From Eubacteriales bacterium (GTDB lineage: Bacteria; Bacillota; Clostridia; Oscillospirales; CAG-272), in NCBI GenBank assembly GCA_045611965.1, contig JAZKYE010000060.1, positions 719 through 64,718 of the forward strand: a stretch of DNA of 64,000 bases, read 5' to 3'. Numbering within the stretch: position 1 is the stretch's first letter; each line of letters begins with the position of its first letter. Made by a program: the position numbers and the translations under genes. The notes beneath the pieces were generated by a model. That model was not told the DNA's origin, did no database searches, and worked only from the letters and a program-made list of their open reading frames with translations. Positions 17,664-28,169 of this stretch are shown piece by piece.

Positions 17664-18293
17664 ATGGCAGACATTTTTGATTTATTCAAGCAGATATCGA
17701 CGGGGAGCACAGCGCCTGCCGGCCCCGTCACACATATAATAGTGGGACTTGGAAATATAGGCGCGACCTATGAGAAAACCCGTCACAACGCAGGCTTTAT
17801 GGCAATTGACGCGCTTGCAAAAGAGTGCGGTATCGAAATCAAGCAGGCGAGATTTCACGCCCTCGTCGGTGAGGGCTCGGTTGGCGGTCACAGAGTGCTT
17901 CTTATGAAGCCCACGACCTTTATGAACAACTCAGGACTTGCTGTGGGTGAGGCGGCTTCCTTTTACAAGATACCCCCGGAGAGAGTTATCGTGCTTCACG
18001 ATGAAATCAGCTTTGACGCAGGTATGATGAGAATAAGGCGCAAGGGCTCGGCTGGTGGACACAACGGACTTAAAAGCATTATAGCATCTCTCTCGTCAGA
18101 GGGCTTTCCGAGAATAAAGATAGGCGTCGGCAAAAAGCCCTCGCCCGAATACGACCTTGCGGATTTCGTGCTTTCAAAAATGCCAGAGAGCGAGCTTCGT
18201 GCGCTTGCGGATATATATCCGAATATAATAAATTCGGTAAAGCTTATGCTTGACGGAAAAATAGACGACGCTATGTCGAAGTATTCAAAATAG
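17664..18293 (+). CDS. pth: peptidyl-tRNA hydrolase
   Basis: IIVGLGNIGATYEKTRHNAGFMAID and HDEISF..RRKGSAGGHNGLKSI are canonical Pth motifs. Confidence 0.95.
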   Translation: MADIFDLFKQISTGSTAPAGPVTHIIVGLGNIGATYEKTRHNAGFMAIDALAKECGIEIKQARFHALVGEGSVGGHRVLLMKPTTFMNNSGLAVGEAASFYKIPPERVIVLHDEISFDAGMMRIRRKGSAGGHNGLKSIIASLSSEGFPRIKIGVGKKPSPEYDLADFVLSKMPESELRALADIYPNIINSVKLMLDGKIDDAMSKYSK

Positions 18294-18307
18294 ATGAAAG
18301 AGGATTT

Positions 18308-21300
18308 ATGACTACGGTTTCCTCGCTTATACGGCTTGACCGTGAGTATCGCTCGTCGGTTGAATGTCTTATAAATCAGCTTTCGCACAGCGAGAGGCTG
18401 CCCATTCACGTAACGGGACTTACCGAGGGGTCGGCATATCACTACGCGGTGTCCTGCGTAGAGGATATCAAGGCATCCGCCCACGGTGTGTGCCTCGTGC
18501 TGATGCAGAGTGACAAGGAATGTGCGCTGCTTTGCGATATGCTGACGGACATAGGCGTAAGGTGCGCCCACTTCAAGCCGAGAGATTTTGTTTTCTATAA
18601 TATTTCAGCCTCGCACGACGGTGAGCGTGAGAGGCTTTCGGTGCTTTCTGTGCTTTTGTCAGGCGAGCTTGATGCTGTGGTAACGACACCTGCCGCGGCG
18701 GCATCCTTTACGATACCGAGAGCAAAGCTTTCACCTATGATAAAGGCGTATAGGATAGGTGACGAGCTCTCGCCAGAGAGCCTTTCGGATATGCTCGTTA
18801 TGCTTGGCTTTGCCAAGGTAGGGCTCGTCGAAGCACCGGGGCAGTTTGCAAGGCGCGGCGGCATAATCGACTTTTACGCATCCGACGCCTCTTGCCCTGT
18901 GAGAATTGAGTTTTTCGGTGATGAGATAGACCGCATCGTGACCTTTGACGTTATTTCGCAGAGGGCGCTTGACGGCAGGGATAGCTTTACCGTAGCCCCT
19001 GCGGTTGAGGTAATGCTTGATGGCGAAGCCGTGGGGCGTGTGTCGGAAGAGCTTGATAGGCTTATGCTGTCGCAGAAAAACGATTCAACGCTTTCATCTC
19101 TCAAAACCGACAAGAGAACGCTCTGTGACGGCGGTGTTCTTTTATGTCGCGACAGATATCTTTCTTTGATTTACAAAGAGCGCGAAACCCTCTTTGACTA
19201 TCTCGGCAGGGATGCCGCGACGCTTGTCATCGGCACAGCCGAGGGTGAGGAAGGACTTAAAAAGAGAATTGCCGAGCTTCAAGAGCAGACCGAGATGCTT
19301 CGCGCAAGAGGCCTCGTGTCGCTATGCGACGAGTATTTTCTCTCACACGCAAAATACGCGCAGACTCTGTCGGGGCTTGCGACGGTGCATATCAATCCGT
19401 TTGCAGGCACGTCGGGCAGAAGGCTTGCGGGGCTTTTTGGCATACGCACCAAGCGAACTGTGCGCTACGGTGACAACAATTATTCACTTTTGTTTGAGGA
19501 TATACTCACTTACAGAAAAGCAGGCTATAAGGTAATTATCTCTGCGCCGCAAAGGCAGGGCGCTCTATCCGTAAAGGAAGCGCTTGAGGGTGACGGTGTA
19601 TCGGTAACGCTTATTGAGAGCGAAAAAATTGATACAAGTTCGCTCGTTCACGGATGCGTCTATGTGACCGTGGGCAGGGGATTTGGCTACGACCTCGTTT
19701 CGCCGAAGGTCGCGCTGATTTCCACCGAGCGTGACAGCGGTGCGACTATTATGTCTGAAAGACGGGCAAGGCGCATACTTAAACGCACGGGGGGCGGTGC
19801 AAGACTGCTCTCGCATAACGACCTCTCGGTCGGTGACTACGTGGTACACGCAAACTACGGCATAGGTCTTTTCGAGGGAATACAGACGGTGCTTGTGGAT
19901 GGCGTAAAGCGCGACTACATTACGATAAAATACGCGGGCACGGATAAGCTTTTCGTTCCGTGCGACCGCCTTGAAATGATAAGCAAATATATTGGCGGCA
20001 GGGATTCTGACGGCGGTGTTAAGCTGTCTAAAATGGGTGGCGCTGACTGGCACAGAACCAAGAGCCGCGCCAAGGGGGCGGCTCAGGACATAGCGAAAAA
20101 GCTTCTTGAGCTTTACGCAAAAAGACAGAGCACCGAGGGCTATGCCTTCCCTGAGGATTCAGAGCTTGAGGACTCGTTTGACGCGGCGTTTGAATACGAG
20201 CTTACCGACTCACAGCGTCAGGCTATCACGGAAATCCGCCGCGATATGGTAAAGCCCGTGCCGATGAACCGCCTGCTTCTTGGCGACGTTGGCTTCGGCA
20301 AGACCGAGGTTGCGCTTCGCGCGGCGTTCAAGGCAATTCTTGGCGGCAAGCAGGTGGCTATTCTCGTTCCCACCACTATCCTCGCCCTTCAGCACTATCA
20401 GACAACACTCTCACGAATGCGCGGCTATCCCGTGACGGTTGAGATGCTTTCAAGATTTCGCTCAGCGTCAGAGCAGACGCGTATTCTTGCCGACACAAAG
20501 CGCGGTAAGGTTGATATTCTCATCGGCACGCACAAGCTTCTGTCGCGCAAGATGGAATTCAAGCGACTTGGACTTCTTATCGTTGACGAGGAACAGCGCT
20601 TCGGTGTAGCGCAGAAGGAACGGCTCAAAGAGCTATCGGTTGGCGTCGACGTCCTGACGCTCAGCGCAACACCTATACCGAGAACGCTTAATATGGCGAT
20701 AAACGGCATATCGGATATGTCTGTCCTTGACGAAGCACCCGGCGACAGACGCCCCGTGCAGACCTATGTTATGGAACACGACGACAACGTGATTTTCGAT
20801 GCGATAAGGCGCGAGCTTTACCGCGGCGGTCAGGTGCTTTATCTATATAACAATATTGATACTATCATCCTTGCCGCTGACAGAATTACAAAGGAAATTC
20901 CCGAGGCGCGCGTAGCCTACGCACACGGACAGATGGCGCGCGAAGAGCTTGAGGATATCTGGCAGATGTTAGTCAGATGCGAGCTTGACGTGCTCGTCTG
21001 CACGACGATAATTGAAACCGGCGTTGATTTGCCTAACGCAAACACGCTGATTATAGAGAATGCCGACAGAATGGGACTTTCACAGCTTCACCAGATACGC
21101 GGACGCGTCGGCAGAAGCGAGCGTCAGGCGTATGCCTATTTCACCTACCGCCCGGGCAAGGCGCTCTCGGAAATCGCAACAAAGCGTCTTTCGGCAATAA
21201 GAGAATACGCCGAGTTTGGCGCAGGCTTTAAGGTGGCGCTTCGCGACCTTGAAATAAGAGGGGCCGGAAATCTTCTCGGTGCTGAGCAGCACGGCTATAT

Positions 21301-21832
21301 AGACAGCGTCGGCTACGACCTTTACGTAAAGCTTCTTGAAGAGGCGGTTGCCGAGGCGAGGGGCACACCGATAAAGGAAAAGCAGGAAGCGCACGTGGAT
21401 ATTCGCGCGCAGGCATACATTCCCGAGAGTTATATCTCGATGCAGTCGAGCCGTATGGAAATGTACAAGAGAATATCGGATATCGCATCCCCTGACGATA
21501 AGCTCGACGTGAGGGATGAGCTTCTTGACCGCTTCGGTGATATACCGAAATGCGTTGACACGCTTCTGTCCGTAGCACTCTGCCGCGCGATACTTGAGCA
21601 TATGTCTGCGACGAAAGCAACGCAGGATAGCGGCTATCTTAAAATCTACACAGCCTCGCCGCGCCTTGAAATATGGGCAGAGCTTTTCCCGAGCTACGGG
21701 GGCAGGCTTCGTGCCGTAGCGGCTGACGCACCGATAGTGTATAGGCTCGCCAAGGACGAGAGCGCTACCTTCGCGCTTGAGAAAATACTGTGCGACTACT
21801 ACAAGGCAAGCCAGAGCCTTGATAAAGAATAA
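18308..21832 (+). CDS. mfd: transcription-repair coupling factor
   Basis: 1174 aa. It has the RNAP-interaction region (VGDYVVHANYGIGLFEGI), superfamily 2 helicase motifs (GDVGFGKTEVALRAA, LLIVDEEQRFG, LSATPIPRT, QLHQIRGRVGRS) and a TRG-like region. It sits directly after pth, as is usual in Firmicutes. Confidence 0.95.
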   Translation: MTTVSSLIRLDREYRSSVECLINQLSHSERLPIHVTGLTEGSAYHYAVSCVEDIKASAHGVCLVLMQSDKECALLCDMLTDIGVRCAHFKPRDFVFYNISASHDGERERLSVLSVLLSGELDAVVTTPAAAASFTIPRAKLSPMIKAYRIGDELSPESLSDMLVMLGFAKVGLVEAPGQFARRGGIIDFYASDASCPVRIEFFGDEIDRIVTFDVISQRALDGRDSFTVAPAVEVMLDGEAVGRVSEELDRLMLSQKNDSTLSSLKTDKRTLCDGGVLLCRDRYLSLIYKERETLFDYLGRDAATLVIGTAEGEEGLKKRIAELQEQTEMLRARGLVSLCDEYFLSHAKYAQTLSGLATVHINPFAGTSGRRLAGLFGIRTKRTVRYGDNNYSLLFEDILTYRKAGYKVIISAPQRQGALSVKEALEGDGVSVTLIESEKIDTSSLVHGCVYVTVGRGFGYDLVSPKVALISTERDSGATIMSERRARRILKRTGGGARLLSHNDLSVGDYVVHANYGIGLFEGIQTVLVDGVKRDYITIKYAGTDKLFVPCDRLEMISKYIGGRDSDGGVKLSKMGGADWHRTKSRAKGAAQDIAKKLLELYAKRQSTEGYAFPEDSELEDSFDAAFEYELTDSQRQAITEIRRDMVKPVPMNRLLLGDVGFGKTEVALRAAFKAILGGKQVAILVPTTILALQHYQTTLSRMRGYPVTVEMLSRFRSASEQTRILADTKRGKVDILIGTHKLLSRKMEFKRLGLLIVDEEQRFGVAQKERLKELSVGVDVLTLSATPIPRTLNMAINGISDMSVLDEAPGDRRPVQTYVMEHDDNVIFDAIRRELYRGGQVLYLYNNIDTIILAADRITKEIPEARVAYAHGQMAREELEDIWQMLVRCELDVLVCTTIIETGVDLPNANTLIIENADRMGLSQLHQIRGRVGRSERQAYAYFTYRPGKALSEIATKRLSAIREYAEFGAGFKVALRDLEIRGAGNLLGAEQHGYIDSVGYDLYVKLLEEAVAEARGTPIKEKQEAHVDIRAQAYIPESYISMQSSRMEMYKRISDIASPDDKLDVRDELLDRFGDIPKCVDTLLSVALCRAILEHMSATKATQDSGYLKIYTASPRLEIWAELFPSYGGRLRAVAADAPIVYRLAKDESATFALEKILCDYYKASQSLDKE

Positions 21833-21846
21833 TACAAGAGGAATTT

Positions 21847-23076
21847 ATGGGAAGAAAAAGGATTGTTACAAAAGCAAAGCAAAAGGACAATTCAGCGATT
21901 ACAAAGCGCATTTTGTTAATAACTGTTTGCGCCCTCGTGGGTATTGCCGTAATTTTGGGCGGTGTGCTCGGCATAATAACTGCCGTTAAGCAGGCAAACG
22001 CGCTCGTGCGCTTTGACGGTGTTACTATGAATGAAGGCGAGGTTAAGTACCTTGTCAGCTACTATAAGGCGCAGTATATGACCTCTCTTTCAAAGAGCGG
22101 TGTTGCGGTCAGCGACACACCCGAATTCTGGGCGAAAGAGGTTTATAACGGAAGCACCTATCTTGACTATCTGCGTATTAGCACCGAGAGCTATCTGCGT
22201 CAGCTTTGCGCGGCAAACAAGATATTTGAGGAAAACGCCACCTTGAATGCAGATGACAGAGATAGAATAGAGGTTGCTACTGATGAAATTCTGCTCTACC
22301 GCGCGCAGGGCTCAAAGAGCACCTTCTTCGAGCTTTGTCAGAAATTCGGCTTCGACTACTCTGACTTCGTGTCGGCAAGCGAGATGATTTTCAAGGGCTG
22401 GGCGGCAAAGGCAAAGATATTCGGTGAGAATGGCGAGAGGATGTCGCTTTTCCCCGACTACTGTGACGAGTATCTTAATTACTACACTCACGCAGACCTT
22501 ATCTTTATCAGGACCGAAAAGGTTTTCGTTTTGGACGAGAACGGAAATAAGGTAAAGGATGAAGAGGGCGTGTATAAGATGCGCGCGCTTACCGATGAGG
22601 AAAAGGCACAGCGCACATCACGCATAGAAGAGCTTCGCCGCGCGGTGAAGGGAATTAACGAGGGTACTGTTACACCCGAACGCTTCTACGAGCTTCAGAG
22701 GATGTATAGCGAGGGCGATGCCGCTATGGATAAAGACGGCTATTACTTCTATGCAAATTCCGAGTACACCAAGGAATTCTCGCAGGTTTTCGATGAAATA
22801 GTTACCGCAGTTTACGAGCTTGAAGAGGGCAAATGCACGGAAATCGCGTGCGATATAGGCACCTGCTTTATCAGGGTTATACCCTCTGTTGATAAGGCTT
22901 ACACCAAGACCGGTGCTGTCGCAGACTGCTTTTCGGACTTCTACTCGCTGACAGCCGACTCGGTTTATCAGAAGCTTATTGAGGACTATACCGACTCGGT
23001 TGAGCTTCGTGATATATGGTCGGTGGTTGACCTTGAAAAAATACCCTACAACAGTGACTTCGTCGCAAGATTTTAA
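21847..23076 (+). CDS. membrane-anchored PrsA/SurA-like protein (degenerate parvulin C-terminus), putative foldase
   Basis: One N-terminal TM segment (ILLITVCALVGIAVILGGVLGII). The position after mfd is typical for PrsA-like genes in Clostridia. The C-terminal EFSQVFDEIV..LEEGKCTEI..GTCFIRV only loosely resembles a parvulin domain. Confidence 0.45.
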   Translation: MGRKRIVTKAKQKDNSAITKRILLITVCALVGIAVILGGVLGIITAVKQANALVRFDGVTMNEGEVKYLVSYYKAQYMTSLSKSGVAVSDTPEFWAKEVYNGSTYLDYLRISTESYLRQLCAANKIFEENATLNADDRDRIEVATDEILLYRAQGSKSTFFELCQKFGFDYSDFVSASEMIFKGWAAKAKIFGENGERMSLFPDYCDEYLNYYTHADLIFIRTEKVFVLDENGNKVKDEEGVYKMRALTDEEKAQRTSRIEELRRAVKGINEGTVTPERFYELQRMYSEGDAAMDKDGYYFYANSEYTKEFSQVFDEIVTAVYELEEGKCTEIACDIGTCFIRVIPSVDKAYTKTGAVADCFSDFYSLTADSVYQKLIEDYTDSVELRDIWSVVDLEKIPYNSDFVARF

Positions 23077-23103
23077 TTGCTGAAGGATGGAATAAAAGAA
23101 ATA

Positions 23104-23131
23104 CCCCGAGGGTGAAAAAACACCCTCGGGG
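23104..23131 (-). terminator. hairpin terminator candidate for the minus-strand MFS operon
   Basis: ccccgagggtg (23104-23114) pairs perfectly with caccctcgggg (23121-23131). On the minus strand it is followed by TATTTCTTTT. Confidence 0.5.
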
Positions 23132-23134
23132 CAA

Positions 23135-23185
23135 CAGCCGAGCTGGGCGCTGCTAATTAAGCGAGTGGCTCGGCTGTTTTATTTT
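23135..23185 (+). terminator. hairpin terminator candidate for the mfd/prsA-like transcription unit
   Basis: cagccgagc (23135-23143) pairs with gctcggctg (23169-23177). It is followed by TTTTATTTT. Confidence 0.5.
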
Positions 23186-23205
23186 GCTTGGAATTTTTAA
23201 AATGC

Positions 23206-24540
23206 TTATTTGCCCGCTTGCTTATCTCTTACCAGCTTCAGCAGAGGGATGAGCGCTATAATCAGCACCGATACGCCTGCGGCGGCGAGGAAGATTTCGG
23301 GGGCAGGGATGAACGAGGTTGTCATTGCGTCAGCACCTGCGTTTTCAAGGGGGATGTTCATCTTGCGGTTTATCGCGTTGCCGACGGTAGGACCTACGAG
23401 CATAGGAATAAGGACGGCGAATATCATTCTGACACCCTGAAGCTTTCCTGTGTCAGCGGCAGGGGTGAAGTCGCGCGTGAGCGCGCCTGCGAGCGCAGAG
23501 ATAAAAATGTAGCCGACTATCATAACGAAGCCTGCGATGCCGAAGAGAATGAGAAGGGTGGTTTTATCCATATCCTTCATAAAGTACATAAGAAGAAGTC
23601 CCACGCAGAATACACCGCCTGCGATATACATACACTTAACCTTATCGACCTTGTCTGCAAGCCTGCCGAGCGGTACGTTGATAGCCGCGCCGAGGATAAT
23701 TGCCGCGCCGAAGATTATGCTGTATTCAAGCACGCTCATCGAGAGGTAGGTTTTCATATATATAATTAGGTAGGGCATAAATATCTGACACGCAATTCCG
23801 TAAACGCAGGTGATGATGAGCGTCATATAGAATGAGGGGTTAGAGCGCACCGACCTTGGCTTGAAGCCGACGAGCATATCGGAAAGAGTGCCGTTTTTCG
23901 TAAGCGAGTCACTGTCCTTTATAATAAACAGACCGATAGCGCCGCACGCGGATATTATAATACCGAGAGCAAGGAATACCGAAGAGTAGCCAACCGCCTC
24001 AACTATAATTCCAAAGCCACCTGCAACGACTATCATTGACGCAAGAGGAAGAATGGCAACGATGGACTCTATCTTGCCGCGTATCGAGGACTCGGTGTTG
24101 TCCGTAACCCACGCGTTATAAGCCGCATCATTTGCGCTTGAGCCGAAGAGTGTCATAATGCAGTCACCGACGATAACGGTAACGAGCGCGGCTGTTATCG
24201 CATTTTCCTCGCTCATACCGAAGAGGGCTGCGAAAAGCTCGGGCTTGATGAAGCCAAACAGCGCCACCGTCGCGCCCCAGATAATATAGCCTACCGAGAT
24301 GAACGAGCGGCGGTTGCCGAGCTTGTCGGACACCGTGCCTGCCACGAGCGTGACGAGCGTTGCGACGATACCCGAAAGCTGTACCATAAGAGTTATCGCA
24401 TCGAGGTTTGGCTGGATTTCATCAAAGATGAAAAGATTGAAATACATATTCTCGACCGTCCACGCAATCTGCCCTATAATACCGAAGAGCAGAAGCACGG
24501 TCCACTTGTTTTTGTTAAATTTAGTTGACATTTTACTCAT
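23206..24540 (-). CDS. MFS transporter
   Basis: 444 aa with about 12 predicted hydrophobic helices and an MFS-type loop motif (GTVSDKLGNRR). The start overlaps the upstream lipoprotein stop (ATGA at 24537-24540). Confidence 0.8.
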   Translation of the reverse strand: MSKMSTKFNKNKWTVLLLFGIIGQIAWTVENMYFNLFIFDEIQPNLDAITLMVQLSGIVATLVTLVAGTVSDKLGNRRSFISVGYIIWGATVALFGFIKPELFAALFGMSEENAITAALVTVIVGDCIMTLFGSSANDAAYNAWVTDNTESSIRGKIESIVAILPLASMIVVAGGFGIIVEAVGYSSVFLALGIIISACGAIGLFIIKDSDSLTKNGTLSDMLVGFKPRSVRSNPSFYMTLIITCVYGIACQIFMPYLIIYMKTYLSMSVLEYSIIFGAAIILGAAINVPLGRLADKVDKVKCMYIAGGVFCVGLLLMYFMKDMDKTTLLILFGIAGFVMIVGYIFISALAGALTRDFTPAADTGKLQGVRMIFAVLIPMLVGPTVGNAINRKMNIPLENAGADAMTTSFIPAPEIFLAAAGVSVLIIALIPLLKLVRDKQAGK

Positions 24541-27005
24541 CCTTTTCTTTCAATAACAAAGGTTTTTTGCTCGTGGTTGAAGCTTATTTTTATTCCGTAC
24601 GCCTTGATTTCTATATTTTTTCTTGATGTGAGGGTGCTTGATTTTATGCACAACAGCTCGCGCTCGGTCACATTAAGGGCGGTAGCAATATCGGGCTTCA
24701 GCACAAGCACGAGATATTCGCCGCCGTAAACCCACGCGTCGAAGTTGTTCCACTCAACATCAGAGCTGCTTCCCGTATAAAGCACGGGTGTGCCGTCGGG
24801 GATAAGAACCGTCGCGTCAAGATGCCCCTTGCCCTGAGCGCTGTCGGAAAGAGCGTAATAAAGGCGCGAGCCAAGACAGCTTACGATAAGAATATCACCG
24901 TCGGTTGAGTACGCCGCATAGCCGCCCATAAGTCCGTCAGGGGATACATACGGGTCGAGAAGCGCCGTGCCGTCATCATAAAGATAAGCCTCGGTGAAGG
25001 GGGAATAGTAAAGCGCGGTAGTGCTTGCTTTAAGGTGAACGGCAAAGATAAGACCGTCGCTCTGAACGTCGGATTTTACCTCTATATATATAGCCGTGCG
25101 GTACTCGCCCGCTACATTCGGAATGGTTATCCTGACGGGGATTTCATATCTGCCGGCGGCGGTGATGCTTCCGCTCTCACCGACGGGCACGCCGGATGTG
25201 TCGAGCATTGCTCTCGTTATAGCGACCTGCTGTATATTCATATGCGGGTTATCAAAGAGCCTTGCATTAAAAACCTTGCCGACGATAAGCTCGTCAAGCT
25301 TATCCTCAAGCGTGTCACCTATTTCAATAGTGTAGGTGTCCTCAATATCAACCGATTTTATATTGCTTGAATTTCTGTAATATATAAATATCTCGTCCGT
25401 CAGCACCTCGGGGGCATCCTGCTTGCCGTCACCGTCATAGTCGTAGTGAATGACGACTGGGTATCTTCCTTCAGCACCGAAGTTTATGTCTGTGTCGCGT
25501 ATGAGCATTTGCTCGTTAAAGGGGGCGAGTGCCACATACGCAGGGCTCGCGTCGGTGGACAAGGTGTACGGTGTGCCGTACTTGGTTTTGAAGGATAGAT
25601 TAAGTGCAATATCAGAATAGCTGCTCACGCCTCGCTTGAAGTCGTCATCCTTAAGCGAGATGGCGGTGAGGGTGGATTTTTCGTGCGAAAAGACCTCAAG
25701 AAGAAGCATATTATCCACCGATGCGCCAAGCACACCGTCGGTTAGCGTAAGGGGCTTTGGCGGATGCTCACCCCACACATAAGGTGTGCCGTCAAGCTCG
25801 CCAAGCATAGCGCGTGTTATGGGAAGTGTCGTTTTGTAGGTGTTTTTTGCAACCGTCAGCGAAAGCGTAACCGTAAGCCCCTCGTCTGAAGGAAGCTCGG
25901 TCAGGTCCTTGCATACCGCGACAACGCCGTCTGCGTTGATTTTTGCCGATACTGCGGAATAGGGCACGTCGTCAATGCTGTATATAGGAAGGATGGGCAT
26001 ATCGCAAAATACAGTAGCATCCGCGATAAGCGAGACGCGCACTCTGAAGGTCGTGCCTCTTGATGAGAAGGCGCTGAAATCGTATTCAAGCTCGCTTGGC
26101 AAAAGCTCGCGGCGCACGCCGTTCTTCTGCGTTGCGATAAAGCGCTCTGTAAAGGACTGTGTCAAAAGAGCCCCACTCGCGTCGGTAGCCATTATAGCAA
26201 AGGAATTATCCCTTGGCGTGATAGACATGGCCGAGGTGTCGTCAAGGTCAATGACCTCAATTTTAAAGGTTGCCGTTCTGCCACCGTGCTTTACCGCACA
26301 GCGGTATGAGCCGATTTTCGTAAAGTCAGGGGCGGTATAGATTGCATTTTCCTCGTACATATCGGCACTTACGTTTATAAACTCGGCATCACCGTTTTCA
26401 TATATCGCCTTAACCCTTACCGTCGGCGCTGTGTCAACGCGGAAGTAGGGCGAGTCAACGAATACAAGCGAGCGAAGCGCCATAGGCACGGTGTGAGTCA
26501 GCACCCTCTGCGTGCCGTCCGAGTAGAAAACGGTGACGGTGATTATCTGCTCGCCAAGCTCGCCTGCCGTGTGCGCGGTCTTGACCTCTGCTACGTCGGT
26601 AAGGTCTATATTCAGCCTTGTTGCGAGCGACCATACGCCGCTTGACGTGCATTTATACACGAAGGCAGAGTCGGTATTAAGATAAAGGTCACCGACCGAT
26701 GCGCCCTCAACCGTCGCAAATATCGAGTCACCCTCGCCACCGACGGCAGTACCGAGATGCCATTTCGACTCACCGCCCGAGGGTGTGCCCTCATCCTCTG
26801 CGGTAAGCCTTACCCAGCCCCCCTCGGTCAGTCTGTAAATCTCGTCGGCGCTCGTGTCGAGATAATAGTCGCCAACCTCGGCAGAAGCCGAGCCGTCGGG
26901 CGCGCCGCTACCCATATGCCAGACCTCGTTTGCACCGCAGGCGGTGAGAGCATATACGGCTAATATCAGTATGAAGAATAAAAGTGCGTATTTTTTCATA
27001 TTCAT
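24537..27005 (-). CDS. large secreted lipoprotein, function unknown
   Basis: Signal peptide with lipobox (LAVYALTAC-G), then about 800 aa of beta-rich sequence with no motif I recognise. Confidence 0.65.
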   Translation of the reverse strand: MNMKKYALLFFILILAVYALTACGANEVWHMGSGAPDGSASAEVGDYYLDTSADEIYRLTEGGWVRLTAEDEGTPSGGESKWHLGTAVGGEGDSIFATVEGASVGDLYLNTDSAFVYKCTSSGVWSLATRLNIDLTDVAEVKTAHTAGELGEQIITVTVFYSDGTQRVLTHTVPMALRSLVFVDSPYFRVDTAPTVRVKAIYENGDAEFINVSADMYEENAIYTAPDFTKIGSYRCAVKHGGRTATFKIEVIDLDDTSAMSITPRDNSFAIMATDASGALLTQSFTERFIATQKNGVRRELLPSELEYDFSAFSSRGTTFRVRVSLIADATVFCDMPILPIYSIDDVPYSAVSAKINADGVVAVCKDLTELPSDEGLTVTLSLTVAKNTYKTTLPITRAMLGELDGTPYVWGEHPPKPLTLTDGVLGASVDNMLLLEVFSHEKSTLTAISLKDDDFKRGVSSYSDIALNLSFKTKYGTPYTLSTDASPAYVALAPFNEQMLIRDTDINFGAEGRYPVVIHYDYDGDGKQDAPEVLTDEIFIYYRNSSNIKSVDIEDTYTIEIGDTLEDKLDELIVGKVFNARLFDNPHMNIQQVAITRAMLDTSGVPVGESGSITAAGRYEIPVRITIPNVAGEYRTAIYIEVKSDVQSDGLIFAVHLKASTTALYYSPFTEAYLYDDGTALLDPYVSPDGLMGGYAAYSTDGDILIVSCLGSRLYYALSDSAQGKGHLDATVLIPDGTPVLYTGSSSDVEWNNFDAWVYGGEYLVLVLKPDIATALNVTERELLCIKSSTLTSRKNIEIKAYGIKISFNHEQKTFVIERKG

Positions 27006-27043
27006 TCCCTTTAAAGGTGGATTTTATGTTTAAAAGATAATTT

Positions 27044-27072
27044 ATTTTACCATTTTAAGATGGCAAAGTCAA
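27044..27072 (-). promoter_or_regulatory. sigma-A type promoter of the lipoprotein-MFS operon
   Basis: On the minus strand: TTGACT (27072-27067), 17-nt spacer, TAAAAT (27049-27044). Confidence 0.5.
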
Positions 27073-27096
27073 TAATTATTTCAAAGCGCCTTCGGC

Positions 27097-27125
27097 TTGA
27101 CTTAATGGGTGAAATATTGTATAAT
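27097..27125 (+). promoter_or_regulatory. sigma-A type promoter of the TrmH-family gene
   Basis: TTGACT (27097-27102), 17-nt spacer, TATAAT (27120-27125). Confidence 0.55.
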
Positions 27126-27152
27126 AGGCAGGTAATGAAGGAGTGATGAAAA

Positions 27153-27980
27153 ATGGCAAAAATTATAAGGATAGATAGCTTGGATGCGCCCGAGCTTGAC
27201 GTTTACGTAAGGCTTACGGGCGGACAGCTTCGCTCATCCGATGAGTGTGAGCGCGGAATATTAATCGCAGAGAGCCCGACGGTAATCGAGGTTGCCATGC
27301 AGTCGGGAATAAGACCTATATCAATGCTTACTGATGAGAAGCTTCTTTCGGGCGAGGTTACGCGCATAATCGACGCGCTTGATGAGCAAACCCCGGTATA
27401 TATTTCCAGCGGCGAGGTGCTTCGCAATATCACGGGCTTTCCGCTGACGCGCGGTGCGCTGTGCGCTATGCAAAGACCCCGCGAGCCCGAGCTTTCCCTG
27501 GTGCTTGCAAATTCCAAAAGGGTTGCGGTGCTTGAAGAAATTGCCGATTCAACGAATGTCGGTGCTATAATACGCTCTGCCGCGGCGCTCGGAATTGACG
27601 CGGTGCTTCTCACCCCAACCTGCTGTGACCCCTATTGCCGCCGCGCGGTAAGAGTGAGCATGGGTACTGTGTTTACGCTTCCCGTGGTGCGAATTGGCAA
27701 AACGCATGCCGACTGGCAGACATCGGGCATCGACGCGCTTTGCGCCCACGGCTTCAAGACCGTATCAATGGCACTGACCGACAATTCCGTCGGGCTTGAC
27801 GATGAGGCGTTGCTTAACGAGAGCCGCCTTGCGATAGTGCTCGGTACAGAGGGCACAGGGCTTGATAAGGAAACCATAGCACGCTGTGATTACACCGTAA
27901 AAATCCCGATGCAAAGGGGCGTTGACTCGCTCAACGTCGGCTCTGCCGCCGCAATAGCGTTTTACGCGCTGACGAGGTAA
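27153..27980 (+). CDS. TrmH/SpoU-family RNA 2'-O-methyltransferase
   Basis: SPOUT motifs: VLEEIADSTNVGAIIRSAAALG, AIVLGTEGTGL, IPMQRGVDSLNVGSAAAIAFY. Confidence 0.85.
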   Translation: MAKIIRIDSLDAPELDVYVRLTGGQLRSSDECERGILIAESPTVIEVAMQSGIRPISMLTDEKLLSGEVTRIIDALDEQTPVYISSGEVLRNITGFPLTRGALCAMQRPREPELSLVLANSKRVAVLEEIADSTNVGAIIRSAAALGIDAVLLTPTCCDPYCRRAVRVSMGTVFTLPVVRIGKTHADWQTSGIDALCAHGFKTVSMALTDNSVGLDDEALLNESRLAIVLGTEGTGLDKETIARCDYTVKIPMQRGVDSLNVGSAAAIAFYALTR

Positions 27981-28083
27981 ATAAAGGCCGCAAAAAGGAT
28001 AAAATAACAGAATAAAAGAGGCAAGCCGTGGTCAATAATTGACTTGAAGGTTTGCCCCTTTTTTGTCGAAAAATGGAATATAG

Positions 28084-28112
28084 TTGACAAAGCGATAAAA
28101 AAGTATTATAAT
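28084..28112 (+). promoter_or_regulatory. sigma-A type promoter of degV-fakA
   Basis: TTGACA (28084-28089), 17-nt spacer, TATAAT (28107-28112). Confidence 0.55.
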
Positions 28113-28169
28113 TAGTGCGTTATGCCAAACGGAATTGACATACGAGAAAAACAGAAAAGAGAAAAAATT

